DNA of 62,635 nt, the filler included, from Aduncisulcus paluster (Eukaryota), in assembly GCA_024181965.1 (NCBI GenBank). It is 5 parts of 5 records of this genome, joined end to end, with 100 filler letters (N's around TTAATTAATTAA, not from the genome) between each part and the next. Parts side by side here need not be neighbours in the genome. Positions count along the whole stretch, not along the records: positions 18,325 to 32,752 come from BQXS01012704.1; positions 32,853 to 53,487 come from BQXS01012705.1; 3 more parts are not named here. One strand, written 5' to 3'. The position numbers and the translations under genes are program-made. The notes beneath the pieces are model-generated. The model was not told the DNA's origin. It saw only the letters and a program-made list of their open reading frames with translations, and searched no databases. Below, in pieces: positions 23,278 to 36,600 of the stretch (position 1 is its first letter; each line of letters starts with the position of its first letter).

Positions 23278-24870
23278 TCACATAAATTCACAATTGAGAT
23301 CGTACAATGACAACACAACCCATCCATCATCGGGGCTGTAAAATGTATCAAAATTGCCATAGTAACAATGAGTAAGATTACCTATTGCAAACAAAATATA
23401 ATCATTGAACAAAAGGTTACCGTGGTGTTCATCTACACCAGAAATCATATAATCACTAACAAACAAAACACTTGTGACGATTGAAAGGAATAAAAGGGCT
23501 TCAGAAGTGCTGATAACATCAACAGAATCATTAATAAGCGAAAAGGATGACAATTGTTTCATATTAAACATCTGCATGACATCATAATGACGATTATCAG
23601 GGTAAAATACATGCTCAAGCTCCATTTCTACAAACATTTCAATGTATGACGAGTTGGAGCCAGTGAGCTTGATATTGAGTGAGTTCCAATCACTCACAAA
23701 TGAGTATGATGTCATGATTAATGAATAAGGCTGGTCTGTGAGATCGAAAGTAATATCTATATCACAAGGAGATGAGGTACAAAGATCATTGACTTCGGGA
23801 ATAAATTGAGAAATATCTGATGAAGTGAGAGAAAAGGGAAGAATCGACAGAACACTGGCATCATTGGGATTGGACTCAGAAAATGTCACGTTAAAGGGTC
23901 CGATATGACCTGAATTTTGAGCTCTAAAGACTGCATAAAACTGAGATTTAATGCTTTCAAGCGTGAGAAAGTGTTGAATACTTGCGTTTGAGAAGATTGT
24001 TGGTATTGAGGGAGGGTTGAAATTGGGCATGGTGTCTGTGAAATCTTGACAATAGAGATAAATTCCAACAAACGGTAAGGACACATAATAAGGGTCAATA
24101 ATAAGAGGATTTGACAGTTGATCAAGAATTGCCACACTATCACCAATAATTTCGATTATAATTGAATCGTCAAATTCCGAAAATACTTCATTGGCAACAA
24201 TTTCTATTCCTTCACTTATTATCGAATCTATCGCAGGCTCAATGATGGGTTGAATAAGAGAAAATAAGGTGTTAAAAAAGGTACCAGCCCCATTTAATTC
24301 AATATTAAGATCCTCCAGATTGATATTGACTGCATCGAGAGAAAGGGCAATAGTATAAGGAAAGCTTGTCGTTCCAATTTTTAAATTTAAAATGCCACTA
24401 GAATTACTGCATGAAACAACGAGAGTTCCAGATTCATAGGTATATGGATAGGTGAGCAACTTAAACTCCCAACCTCCTGATAAACGGAGGGAAAACTCTT
24501 CAAAAGTTAAAATTGCTCCATAAGAAGCAAGTAACTCAATATAAGCAGTTTGTAATTGGGCACTATCACACGATAAGCCTTTTAATTGAAGTTGAACCTT
24601 TCCAATTCCTATCTCTTCGGTAATCGATATATCAGGGATAACAATATTTTGAATCTGGGCTAATAACTCTGGAACAATGGAGTCAATGATAGTAGTATTA
24701 AAAAAGTCATCAGTTACTGTCATACGACTTCCAGTTTGCTGGTAAGTAGTAAGCGGAGTAGTTGGACACATATTCCCAGCATATATACCAATTATCAATA
24801 AAAGAATATAAAACAATCGAAGATAAATAACTACCATACAATATACATGTTCAAAAAGATGTTTGGTCAT
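23278..24870 (-). CDS. BPI/LBP/CETP (TULIP) family lipid-binding protein
   Basis: Hydrophobic N-terminus, IQNIVIPDISI, LSGGWEFK..YPY..ESG, LNIELNGAG..FN pattern, about 500 aa. Confidence 0.75.
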   Translation of the reverse strand: MTKHLFEHVYCMVVIYLRLFYILLLIIGIYAGNMCPTTPLTTYQQTGSRMTVTDDFFNTTIIDSIVPELLAQIQNIVIPDISITEEIGIGKVQLQLKGLSCDSAQLQTAYIELLASYGAILTFEEFSLRLSGGWEFKLLTYPYTYESGTLVVSCSNSSGILNLKIGTTSFPYTIALSLDAVNINLEDLNIELNGAGTFFNTLFSLIQPIIEPAIDSIISEGIEIVANEVFSEFDDSIIIEIIGDSVAILDQLSNPLIIDPYYVSLPFVGIYLYCQDFTDTMPNFNPPSIPTIFSNASIQHFLTLESIKSQFYAVFRAQNSGHIGPFNVTFSESNPNDASVLSILPFSLTSSDISQFIPEVNDLCTSSPCDIDITFDLTDQPYSLIMTSYSFVSDWNSLNIKLTGSNSSYIEMFVEMELEHVFYPDNRHYDVMQMFNMKQLSSFSLINDSVDVISTSEALLFLSIVTSVLFVSDYMISGVDEHHGNLLFNDYILFAIGNLTHCYYGNFDTFYSPDDGWVVLSLYDLNCEFM

Positions 24871-25000
24871 CTATTTCGGAAATATCAGGTTTATGAACAA
24901 TATAGAAGTATAGAATGTTGATAAAAATATATAATATTAAATGAAATAATTTTATTTATGAAGAATGCGGCACATACCATGAGAAATGCAAGTACAAGCC

Positions 25001-28000
25001 TTATTCTTGTTTTGATTTAAAAAAAGAGTTTCCTTGACTAAATAAAGAGAATAAAACAAGCTTTTTCTGTCTTAATTTCAAGGATATCTTCTCATCAAAA
25101 CCAAAAACATCATTTTCAGAGATCGAAAGTCCAGATTCGCCACCAATTTCCCGTATAGTGTCCCTAATGAAACGTTTGACACGGGCCCTCTGTATATCGA
25201 GGGAAACAGAAGATAGATTGCAAGAAGAAGATCCATGGAGAAGAGAAAGAGGAGAAGCCGCGGAAGAAGATGCTTCCGACATTGGAATAATTTTCATGAT
25301 CTGTCCCAATGCATGCTCTGAGATCTTTTTGGATGAATGAGGCGTGATGACACCTGTCTCAGAACGGATTACTGTACTAATCGAACTTGATTCAGGGTCT
25401 GAAGTTGATTGTATTTCAGTCTTTGATTTTTCAACACTTCTCTGGAGTTCTTCTTCTTCAAGTTTTCTATCAGATGTGAATTCTATACCTGCCCTTCTCA
25501 ATACTTCATCGGAATCCCCATGGAAGAAGTCTGAGGAAGAGATAACTTCAATCATTGGGGTTTTCTTATGAAGAGATTGGAAGGGCTTGGAGGAAGATGA
25601 TTGAGTTTCAAGGCTTTGGGATATTTCTGAAGTACAGGAAGGATCATTTGCCACATACAAAGAATCTTTAATTTTTTCAATTCTTTCTTGATGTTCACTT
25701 GACAAGACTTCTTTAATAGCATCGAATATCTGAGAGGACACGATAACATCTTCAAGCACTGAAGGGGGTTCAGGAATAGGTTGAAATACTCCTTTTAGCT
25801 TCTTGAATGTTTTGAGTTGATGTGAAATGGAAGCATCAAGCACACTTGTTCCACTTTCACTCCCAATTGAATGAGAGGGTTGGTCGTGAGAACGAGAATC
25901 TCCAATGCCATCCATCAATTTCTTCTCTTTCTCATTTGTAATTATCTGTGCATGCATGTGACTGGCTCGATGGACTATGGCGGAATCGACAGAGAAATTG
26001 CCCATTGCACGAAGTAATAACGCAACACGACGAGGGTGAGTAGGAAGACCTGAGAAAGTACTATAAATAGATTCATCTGATCCCAATGAGAAAGAAGAAT
26101 CATCTTCATTTCCAGATCCAATGGCCATTGAAAAGTGAGAGAATGAAGCAAGAAATGAGAGAATGGAACCCAGCAATCCGGATGCATTGGAATGATAGTG
26201 CAGCGAATGACTACTATTATTCTTAGAAACCATCAAAGCCTCTTCTTCTCTTTCAACTTGTAACGAGGGACTTGAGGAAAAAGATCCTTCCAACAGAGCA
26301 AGAATGCCTTTCAGACTTGTGACTCCTTGCTTCATATCTATTTTATCAATGAGTTTTAAACTTCGTTTTTTACCGGCAATTTGCTGTCCAGCCTTATTTT
26401 CCTTGAACTCAACCATGCTACCTTGGATACCCTTAACACAGACAATTTCACACATGGGAAGTAAGATATGGGAGAAACTAGTTGCTGAGAAAGATGGGAA
26501 CATGGGTAACACGGAATAAGTCATGAAGTCCATTATCATTTGCATTCTTTTTAAATCCCATTTCTGAAAGCCAATAGCAGACACAGATTGGGCGACAGAG
26601 TTGAACATTCCATACAACTGTGGCAAGGCTGTATCCTGGCCATTTCGAGTGTACGTGTCGATATCTTCATGTTCTTGGATATTGTACCCATCGATGAATA
26701 AAGAGGCAAGGGATAAGTGCATGATTGAGAGCAAGAGTCGGAGGAAAGGAATTGACATCGAGGACAGAGAAATAGAGACGTGTTCATATGTGGTAGAGAA
26801 TATAGTCGATATAAGGGATCTTCGTTTGTGCAATACTTGAGCATATTGTGCTCGCAGCTGGTCTTTTGGAAGAGAATCCGTCATTGGTGTGTGTAAAACC
26901 AATTGAGAAGGTATAGAATTCTCTTTCCGTTGATGAAGTAAAGAAGGGATATTTTGGGTGTATGGGAGTGGAGAATTTCTCACAAGAGTCAGAGACAATG
27001 CTGAATGAAGCTTAAATGCAGGGGAACAAGAGAGAGGAATTGCAGAAGAAATATCATTTGATCGTTTATCACTTGATGATTCCTTCCCTTTCTTTTCCTC
27101 CTTCTTAGACTTTCTTCCAGTTCCTGCTTTTCTCTTTTTCTTCATGGAAAGTTCAGGATCAAGGCTTTGAAGTTCCTTTGGAGGGTTAGGCACCGTACAA
27201 ATGCATAATGCAATTCCCAGAAGCATTGTAAATCCCATCTTTTTGGCCTCCATTGTCAATGATGAATCAATAAACATTTTCACGTAATGCAAGAGGTCAG
27301 CGAGACAAGAGAGAGAAGTGAGGGAAATCGAAGATCTGAGATATGATGCAGAATGAGAGAGAAAAGAATAATAATGAATGGGAGAGATTAGAACTTTACG
27401 AGAGCTTTGAGAGAAGGGAGAACCGTCATTGATTACATCTTCATCAGAAGTGGAAGAATGGATAATCTTTGACTTTCTGTTGGAAGTAATGTTCATTCTA
27501 ACAGAACGTAATACAATTCGAACGATATTTTGAATTGATTGGTCAAAATACACTTTTAGAGATCGATGAAGAGCAACTTTTGAAGGTGGTTTGGGGGAAG
27601 AGAAAGAGAATATCTTCTGACACTTATCAGACAAAATGTATGAGGAAACAGACATGGATTGTGACACTGTCGAACAACAATAATGCATCATCAATACTGT
27701 TCTGCATAATAATAACATGTATTGGTGAAATTCACCATGAATATCCATGTTAAGGGTTGAATGAGCTAAAAATAGAATATTTTGGACAGAACTGAGAAGT
27801 TGGCGCATCCTAATATGAATACCTGAGGAAAACATGTGAAATGTTGCAAAAGAAAAAGATTGAGTTGTCTCTATTTTGGGTTGTGAACCCTTTCGTTGAC
27901 GAATGTACCATATCATTTTATGCATATAAATTGAACAAAATAACAATACGAGGGAAAATAAATCTGCCCCAAGACAGTAAGGTCCTGATTTAAGGGAATA

Positions 28001-29956
28001 ATCGGCAAAGGAAGGTATCTCCAGCTCCTCTATGACCTGTTCGATATTTATATCGATAACCACAGACGGAATACATTGGAGAAGTACAATCAAGAAGATG
28101 AGCCGTTCTTGATGCGAAGAAAAATATTTTAACATCACTAATATTTCTTGTGGAGATTCATCAGCTTGAGAATATAAAGCATTAAGAAGCTGTGATACAG
28201 ATTCAGTTAAGCCATCAGAACCCATAATATTGGAAATAAGAACCATGAAAAAGCTACTTATCGAAACTGTTGAACGTTGAAGATCATCAGGGGATGAAAT
28301 ATGAAGAGGAGAGAAAGGAAACACTCTCTTTTCAACACTGCTGGATTTATCGGAATAGATTGTTGAAGATTCAGATGTTTTCTTATCCTTATTTTCCATG
28401 ATTGGCAAGAACTTTGTTCTAATTATTTCATTAAATAATTCCTTACTTGTATATACTTTCAGTATATAATATAAACAACATCTCAAAGCTTCCCTGATAG
28501 CTGTAATCGTGATATCAGGGTCAAAACAACCAATCATCTCTATCCTATTCAAGATATTCAATCCTTCTTGTAGATGGGAAATACTTGAAGGATAACGTGT
28601 CGATATTATTCCATAATTATGACCTGAGAATTCGATCGATTGAGATTCAGACTTGTCAGAGTCGTCTGATAAGCTTAAGCTTGGAAGAAATACATCGCAG
28701 GAATATGTTGTCGACTGCCCTTCAAGTTCAACAGTTATCCCGGATGAATCTGACTCACACAGACTCATGTCAATTCCAGATCCCTTGGAAATGAGGAACA
28801 AAGCTTGATGGAGAGCTCGAATTGGTGAAACATTAAGATATGGTCGAATGGATTGTGATTTAAGTTTTGGAATCTGTTTGACCCAGAGCGAATATATCCA
28901 ACTTATTAAGATAGAAAACAAATCAGCGGGGAATATTTTTGAAACATGAATAGTTTTTTCCTCATGATTGTCATCAAATCTATCCTGCGAAATATCTGGA
29001 GAACATATGCTCCTCGCTTCCGTTTTTGAAGATTCACGAGTCGATGCCAATGATATTTCAGAGAATCCTTGTCCATGAGGACCTAGGATTATACCCATAG
29101 TATTAATTATATCGATGCATAAATCAGCAATGGAGAAAAAATATCCAGATCGTATTCTTTGGGGATATTTTGACAAGAAAACACTCAGTTCATCTCCACA
29201 ACTAACACATATCAAAGATTTCAACAGATTATCATTCGATTTGCTGTCTTTCTTATCCATTAGAGATGATTTTTGAGGAATTGTTGGCACATGGAATAAT
29301 TTAAAATCGTCCAATTCTGCAATAGTTGAGAGAATTGGATCACAATACATTTCCGCACCAGATTTCATCATGAAACGAATTCCATCAAACCTAAAATCGG
29401 TGTCAAATTGAAGAATGGAGAGCATGTGCGGAATTAATTGTGTTAATATCATCTTCTTTTGGGGGTCAGAATCACCAAGTTTCAGAACGCCACAACAATT
29501 AACGAGGATATAAAATGATATTTCTATGGATTCTTGAAGTGTCATGGAAATCATTTCCTGGGAAATTGACGAATATGGGGAAGAAAAACAGTACCTCAAG
29601 TGAGATTTCTTAAATTGGAAAGTGGATGATGAGGAAAAAAAACGAAGGGATGCTTTTGATAAGGATGATATTAATCCGGGAAAAATGGGAAGAACAAAGG
29701 CTTTGACCTTTTCGGGTGAAACATTGTTACATTGTTGGATAAAACACGAAAAGAAAAACACACATTTTAATGCCTTTTTAGCAGTCAAAAGATCATCAGA
29801 ATTCAGATCTTTTTTACATAAAAATAATGTTCGCCCAATTTTTGATCCAAAATCAGAGTCAAGGGACAAAGACTGATTGATGAATTGAATGGCGATTTTA
29901 AGGTCTAATTCAGAAAAGTCATTAAAAAAGTTAGATAAAACATCGAAATGACTCAT
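25001..29956 (-). CDS. Large 1651-aa Ser-rich, probably alpha-helical protein of unknown function
   Basis: Uninterrupted ATG-started ORF. No motif confidently recognised. Confidence 0.85.
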   Translation of the reverse strand: MSHFDVLSNFFNDFSELDLKIAIQFINQSLSLDSDFGSKIGRTLFLCKKDLNSDDLLTAKKALKCVFFFSCFIQQCNNVSPEKVKAFVLPIFPGLISSLSKASLRFFSSSSTFQFKKSHLRYCFSSPYSSISQEMISMTLQESIEISFYILVNCCGVLKLGDSDPQKKMILTQLIPHMLSILQFDTDFRFDGIRFMMKSGAEMYCDPILSTIAELDDFKLFHVPTIPQKSSLMDKKDSKSNDNLLKSLICVSCGDELSVFLSKYPQRIRSGYFFSIADLCIDIINTMGIILGPHGQGFSEISLASTRESSKTEARSICSPDISQDRFDDNHEEKTIHVSKIFPADLFSILISWIYSLWVKQIPKLKSQSIRPYLNVSPIRALHQALFLISKGSGIDMSLCESDSSGITVELEGQSTTYSCDVFLPSLSLSDDSDKSESQSIEFSGHNYGIISTRYPSSISHLQEGLNILNRIEMIGCFDPDITITAIREALRCCLYYILKVYTSKELFNEIIRTKFLPIMENKDKKTSESSTIYSDKSSSVEKRVFPFSPLHISSPDDLQRSTVSISSFFMVLISNIMGSDGLTESVSQLLNALYSQADESPQEILVMLKYFSSHQERLIFLIVLLQCIPSVVIDINIEQVIEELEIPSFADYSLKSGPYCLGADLFSLVLLFCSIYMHKMIWYIRQRKGSQPKIETTQSFSFATFHMFSSGIHIRMRQLLSSVQNILFLAHSTLNMDIHGEFHQYMLLLCRTVLMMHYCCSTVSQSMSVSSYILSDKCQKIFSFSSPKPPSKVALHRSLKVYFDQSIQNIVRIVLRSVRMNITSNRKSKIIHSSTSDEDVINDGSPFSQSSRKVLISPIHYYSFLSHSASYLRSSISLTSLSCLADLLHYVKMFIDSSLTMEAKKMGFTMLLGIALCICTVPNPPKELQSLDPELSMKKKRKAGTGRKSKKEEKKGKESSSDKRSNDISSAIPLSCSPAFKLHSALSLTLVRNSPLPYTQNIPSLLHQRKENSIPSQLVLHTPMTDSLPKDQLRAQYAQVLHKRRSLISTIFSTTYEHVSISLSSMSIPFLRLLLSIMHLSLASLFIDGYNIQEHEDIDTYTRNGQDTALPQLYGMFNSVAQSVSAIGFQKWDLKRMQMIMDFMTYSVLPMFPSFSATSFSHILLPMCEIVCVKGIQGSMVEFKENKAGQQIAGKKRSLKLIDKIDMKQGVTSLKGILALLEGSFSSSPSLQVEREEEALMVSKNNSSHSLHYHSNASGLLGSILSFLASFSHFSMAIGSGNEDDSSFSLGSDESIYSTFSGLPTHPRRVALLLRAMGNFSVDSAIVHRASHMHAQIITNEKEKKLMDGIGDSRSHDQPSHSIGSESGTSVLDASISHQLKTFKKLKGVFQPIPEPPSVLEDVIVSSQIFDAIKEVLSSEHQERIEKIKDSLYVANDPSCTSEISQSLETQSSSSKPFQSLHKKTPMIEVISSSDFFHGDSDEVLRRAGIEFTSDRKLEEEELQRSVEKSKTEIQSTSDPESSSISTVIRSETGVITPHSSKKISEHALGQIMKIIPMSEASSSAASPLSLLHGSSSCNLSSVSLDIQRARVKRFIRDTIREIGGESGLSISENDVFGFDEKISLKLRQKKLVLFSLFSQGNSFFKSKQE

Positions 29957-30282
29957 AATATTTTAAAAATAAGAAAATAAAACAAATGGAATGGAGCAAG
30001 GGAAGGAAAAGTAAATACCTATCGAATATCAGATGAAATCGAAATTATTCGGAAATTATTTATATATATCATTATATTTTATTAAAATATTCAATATTAA
30101 ATATTCTAATTATGCTGTTTCTCCATGTCTGGAGACGATTTTAATATATTGGCTGTTCCAGTCCATTTTTCCTAGCTTTTCCCTCTTAAATCAATTTTAA
30201 TTCTAATTTAATGATTGAATGATATTCTAACATTTGCTCGCACGATAGCAATCGCAAACCAACAGTTTTTTTGTCGCAACAC

Positions 30283-32752
30283 ATGACTTTAAAACGTTGT
30301 ATTGCAAATATCCTTGAAATTCAGGATAAATGCATCAACAATATTATAAAAAGGCACAGAAAATATGCAAAAAGTTGTGCTTTTAATTTTTCATATGGAG
30401 AGACTAAAAGTCTTGTTTTATCTTACCGGAAATCACCTTTATTCATAAAATCTATCGATGATACTATCCAATTCATGGCTGAAGGGAATAATACTGATAA
30501 AATATTCTTGCTACTCCATGTTTTGCTCGATCTATCGACTGCGTCTTCCGAGCATATAAGTTTCCATAAAGAAGGTGCAAAATGGCGCCAAAATATTGCA
30601 TTCCTTGAAAATATTGATGAATATATGACAGTAGATAATCGATTAGCAACCTTGCTAAAGAAAAAGTCCAAAGTTGAGGCTTTATTAAGAATTGCAGTTC
30701 AAGATTGCATGATAATGGATTTAATATCTTCATTTTTGAATTTATCGGTTCCAGATAATGACAAAGGGAGGCCATTCAATGAGTTTCTTGAACGACTATG
30801 TATTTCTCTCCCTCATTTTGCTAATTCTCATAAATTCTCCTTATCCTCATCTAAACTTCCAGAGTCAATATATTTTGAGGTTCGATCCCCGTTTTATCCG
30901 TCTTTTATAACTCTTTGGATTCATGACTGTTGTTGTTCCCAATTGGTCCAGTGTCTTGCCACATGTAGTTGCATTTCGAGCCGTCCATGTGATATTATAG
31001 ATTCATGGAGCTCTAGTCTTAAGAAAAGAATTCATACCGATGACAAATTCCCTTCCGATGAGAAAAGTTCCGGATCTGCCAGATATTCGAGGCGTGATGC
31101 TGATTCCTCGAGTGTATCGTGGAATCACATGATGTCCGGTTTTATATTGGCTGAGAGCGAGTCCGATTGCGTTGATTTATGGATGTTTGTTCTCATCTCC
31201 TCGATGTATCCAAAATCATACCAATGGACCAATGATTGTGTCCAAATGCTCTGTCAGATGGGCCATAAAGATGAGCGAGGTGCCGAGTTCATTCTCCCTC
31301 AGGCTTCTTCATCCTCTGAGTCATCTACAACCCTGTCTCCCTTATCTCTATATTCTCACAACCTTGACTACCTCGAACCAAGCTTTTGTAAGATTAGTGG
31401 CGTGAAAGAAACAAAGCTTTCGTCGGTTCTGAACGATATACCAGTTCCAGTGGCTGGAAAAGATACTTCTAAATCCAAGAATGGTCGTTCAAAGAAGAAA
31501 GACAAGAAACTTCCCAGAGTTCCCAGTGTTCCCGTCACATCCAATGTTCTAGCCCATCCACCTGCACATTTACTTCTTCTTTCGACGATGTGGAGCCGTT
31601 CCCTCGTGTGTATGTGTCTTAAACTCCCCAATACCCGCACGGGTGAAGATAAGGAGAAGATTATTGGGACTAAACGTAGTTTGGACGATGACACCGAGGG
31701 CCATGCATATACAACTGAAGAAGAGAAAGTGGCCTTGTACAGGTCTGCTATTGGTGCTACCGACAGTGATGCTCAAGGTGTTGATACGTCTGTATCTCGA
31801 GATACTGTTGGTTCCAGTGCTGGCAAGAATAAGTCATCCCTGTCAAAATCTTCATCATCACAATCTCTGCACGTGGACACTATCTTTCACCCTCTCTCTC
31901 AGACTTCTCTTGCTTCCCTGATGTCTCTCCTCTCAATGTTACCAAGACATGTCAAGATTGAGGAATATAACAATATCTGTGGAGTTGTAACACAGTTGTT
32001 CCTTTTCTTGTGTGTATACCTGTGTGAGTCTGAACGTTTAAAGGAGATTGGGAGCAAATACACGACAATGTTGCACGCTTCAATTGGTGGTCGCTCTGAG
32101 TCGGAGGTACTCAAACGTATGTCCTGGGGGGGAGTTGTTCAGGAGCAATCATCCTCTGCACCTGCCCAAACCCTCGTATTTTCAGCCCTATCTTGTATTT
32201 TTAGTTCTTATATGTTATGTACAAATGGAGGATTCAAGAGTGAAAGTTCAAAGTTTGATAGCGGAATCAATAACATAACTAACAACACTCTGTATTCCCC
32301 TCTTGACAACATGTGGCTTCCTGGAGGTCTTTTAAAGCAGGAGTCGCAGGTTCATACCAGTCCTTCATCCTTGAGTTTGTCGCAGAAAACACTTCAGAAA
32401 TTGTTCATTTGTTATGATGCTGGACGCAAGAGTAGCCTTCGTTCTCTCGACATGGTCCATGGTATGATCAGAGATGGAGGTGAGTCCAAAACACTCTGCA
32501 GAATCTGTTCTAGATTATCTAATATTCTTCCCCAAACATCATCTGCCAATTTCATTGCCTTTTTGCAGAAGAACAAGGATAATCCGTCTGTTAATTTCTC
32601 CAGTGTTGCCCATGCCCGTGGAGATGATCGTGGAAGTCTTTCGTTCTCACAATCGTCTCACACAGCTTCCCTGTCGTCCCTTCCCTTTGTCAATCACCCA
32701 CCTTTGAGCTCTGTTACTTTGTCATCCCTTCACTCCCTTATGATTGGCTTCT
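30283..32752 (+). CDS. Unknown protein with possible RUN-like and PH-like regions, 3'-truncated
   Basis: More than 820 open codons to the linker. KVEALLRIAVQD is RUN-like and FILAESESDCVDLW resembles a PH C-terminal helix. Domain calls are weak. Confidence 0.7.
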
Positions 32753-32852
32753 NNNNNNNNNNNNNNNNNNNNNNNNNNNNNNNNNNNNNNNNNNNNTTAA
32801 TTAATTAANNNNNNNNNNNNNNNNNNNNNNNNNNNNNNNNNNNNNNNNNNNN

Positions 32853-33215
32853 CTTCTTCTCAGACAACTCTAATTGAGCCTTTTCCATCTTCTCCTTTTC
32901 ATGGGTAATAGCTTGGGAGATTGCTTTATAGAGTTCTTCAGCGTGTTCCCCTTTATAATGAGTTTGGATTTCACCGGAACGATAGAAAATATGGAGAATT
33001 CCTTCTTCAAAAGTGAACTTCTCGATTTCCACAACAGAACGAGTGGAAGAGGGTTTGGATTTAGGTTTCTTTGAGATAAGCCTAAGTCGGAAGTTTAAAA
33101 TACGGCCTTCAGTGATTCTGACGAAACGTAAAGCCTCCTTTTGCTTTTGATTGATCTTTATCACGTAATCGTTGAAAAAATAAGTTTGTTCTTCTTGATT
33201 CTTAGGGACAGACAT
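32853..33215 (-). CDS. N-terminal part of a gene (possible PH-like fold), truncated by the scaffold edge
   Basis: ATG 33215, open into the linker. Confidence 0.6.
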
Positions 33216-33661
33216 TATAAAATAATTTGGACAATTTGGAGTGCAACTCGAATCTCGCCTCGAACCAACACAATAATTAAACGAAAGCAGAAATTGTCTC
33301 TATCAATTCAATAAAAAAATTCATTGTATATTGAAGAACTCTAAATAGATTAAAATATCATTATATTTATTTCCATCAAGGATGGACCAATGACAATTTA
33401 GCCACAAAAAGCCCCCAATCATCGCTTTCTAACGTAATACTCAAATAAATCCAAAATTGACAATGCTAATAATCATTAAGTAGCCATTTAATAAAAATTC
33501 CAATGTTTATTCTCCAATAAAATGCATAAAATTCTTGACCGATGATCAACAGAAATTCATTGTCAACATGCCGCATACCAATAATACTATATTGTACACA
33601 TATGTAACGAACAAAAAAGCTCAGCTGTAAAAAAATAAAAGATATAAAGAATCGTGATATC

Positions 33662-36600
33662 TCATTTGATCTCCCTTACTCCACATATACGACAAGCCAT
33701 CTCTTCTCCGACAGGAAGACAGGCCCAATGGGCACAATGACCACAAAAGAACACGACATGGCCTTGGGATGTATCTCCTGAAGCTAAGGGTTCATTACAA
33801 AATACACATCGTGAATCTGGTTTCATCAACACGCCTCTCTTCCGGCGTTCATGAAGTTTCTGCCCAGCAATCACACTATCACTCCCCAACAATTTGCTAC
33901 AGGTCTCTCTGATTCGCAATGAGGACCTTGCAGCCACAAGCATGCATGTAATGTGTTCTCCTAGGCCTCTAATGTGGATGTGAGAGGGGATTCTCCGAAC
34001 CATTCTCAAGGGATCAGTGTAATTTCCAATAACACGCAATAATTTAGGGATATGACGTTCATTACAACAAGCGCAATCGATCAGACAATCCCACAGTGAA
34101 CTATCATTACCTCCGTATGTGGCAATGTAGTTAATGGCACTGTGCAGATTGTTAGTTCCTTCCTTCTTTTTCACAAGAATCTCAACAATCAAATGATGTT
34201 TGTTCACATTATCTAAATGCTTGAGAGCTTCAATCTCGGCATCCCATATTCCATAACTCTGACAGACAGCAGCGGCTTGCCGCATATTAAGAGCCATGGC
34301 TCCCCTTTTAGCCTCAGAGGCCACTGATTCGATGAACAAGGGAAGATTCTTCCTCTTCTTGGGAACTTCAGCATACAGTCTGACCATTGTATCTTGATGA
34401 CCCTTGATACTTTGTATATCTTGCTTTCCAATCTTATCAAGAATGGAGATAAGGTTAGCCTTACAATCAGCCTGAGAGAGTTGTTCAATGATGACCGACA
34501 CACTCACACTACGGATATTCCTGGCTAACAAATCAACAGCTTTTGCAGCATCATTCTCAACAAGACGGGTTAAAAGGTTATTCTTCACGATTGTATCAAA
34601 CAAATGGTATGTATTAATATGCTTGAAGAGAACCTTTTTACCTTCTTTTTCAGTGCGTGCAATTAATTCAGGATGGTGCATCATAACACTTAGGGCCAAG
34701 TCAGGCCTCTTAATCATAGTGTAGAGTCGGCACAGAGCTTGGATAAGATAAGTATCATACTGGAAAAGGAGGAGACGTCCCTTGATAGCGTATATAAGTG
34801 GCATGGGGTCGAATAAGGGGGAACTGTCAATGAAGAAGCGAGATCCACGGTCGACGACATGGTACATGTTGATGTGAAGACGCTGTACAAAGGTATTGAG
34901 CGCTTCATGACTCTCTGCCAGTAAAGATACATACATACACTTGTATATCTTTGGTGTAAGTCGACAATGCACCCCACCTTCCCTGTCGAACTCACCCAAG
35001 GGTATAACAGGCGCCAGATATGAAGCAAAGGAGAGCGAACAGAAGATATAACACCATTTGTTCCACTGCATATCGTCATCCTCAGCACTTGTGAAGTACA
35101 CAGAGGCAATCTCAGCAGCTTTCTCGAGAGAATATACCGTTTCTTCTTTCAGCAAATGTCCAATGACAACGCCAGCAATACGTTTAACATCAATGTTCGA
35201 GATTCCACACCCAGCGTAGGCACGTTCAATCCCATCGTTGTCATCGCCAACTTGTTGTTTGGAAGCAAACACGAGAGCCTTTTCACACTGACCACACCTT
35301 AGTAAGTATGATATGTGATCACTGACAGTCCTCCGTCTGAGCCGAAGAATTCCCCGGCTATGGACGATATAAAAAATACTTCCTCTGAACTGTCCAGCTC
35401 CACGGGGTGCAGCTAATTGGAACGAATGAGTAAGACAGGCGCCAACAACATCAGAAACATCATCCAAAGAGAGAGTGGGACCAGCAGATGAGGAATATTG
35501 AGGTGGATCGAAGTGGGATTCAGCTTCATGGGGACTTGAAGGGTTGAGAGAGGATGAATCAGTCAGTTGTTGCTCACTCTTCTTCCACCAAGTCTTGTCG
35601 TGGGGTCTGGCAACCTGAGATGGAGAACGTCCAGATCTAGTAGCAGATTCATCAACAATGCCCTCATATTCACCCCCTATGCCGACTCCAAGCCCTGCCT
35701 GACGTCTCATCGAAGGGTTTTCCGGTTCTTCAGAGCCAGGAGTGGAAGATGATGAAGCTGAGGCTAAGCTCTGATTCACAACTTCTCTCTCCCTTCCAAC
35801 TCCACCCCATTTCTCAACTCTTTCCCTTACTTTGGTGCATATGCGATTCATATCAAAGGGGATAGCATCTTCACAAACACAGGCATAGTCTCTTGTGCTC
35901 AAGGTTACATGGGGCAAAAAGAAAGGATCTGAAAGCTCCGATGTAATCTTCTGGAGCTCCTCGGGAGATAGCCAGGCCTTCTCGCTCTTGGATTCAATCA
36001 TATGCTTGCTTACAGACGGGATTGTCAACATCACAACTAACTCGTCGGCTCCGACATAGGCGTTCGTACTGAGCATCCTGCGAGTAGATGACATTTCGCC
36101 GGAACGTGAGTATCCATGGCCACGTTTGTTTGTCAGGATACGAGCACGTGCAACACCACAGCAGAAACGGGGCAGTGGAGTCACAGGAGGAATTGGGGCA
36201 CGTCTCATAGAAGCTAACTGGGCTTTCTCTTGTTCCTCTCGAAATAATTTACGACGTTCTTCACGACGCTGATTGGATTCTTCCTCTTCCTTGGCAATCT
36301 CTTCGGCTTCAACTTGTTCACGAGCTTCTCGAAGAGCCTTTTCTTTCTCAGACTCAGGTCTTCCTCTCTTCTTTTCTTTTTCTTTTCTCTCCTTCTCACG
36401 CTTATGCCGTTCTTTTTGCCTCTTTTTCCGGCGTTCTTTATCCTCGGCATCCATTTCTTNNNNNNNNNNNNNNNNNNNNTTGTTCCTCTCGAAATAATTT
36501 ACGACGTTCTTCACGACGCTGATTGGATTCTTCCTCTTCCTTGGCAATCTCTTCGGCTTCAACTTGTTCACGAGCTTCTCGAAGAGCCTTTTCTTTCTCA

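Noticed and set aside
25001..29956. Tel2/TTT-complex identity
   Set aside because: Only vague motif-order resemblance, not supportable without a profile search.
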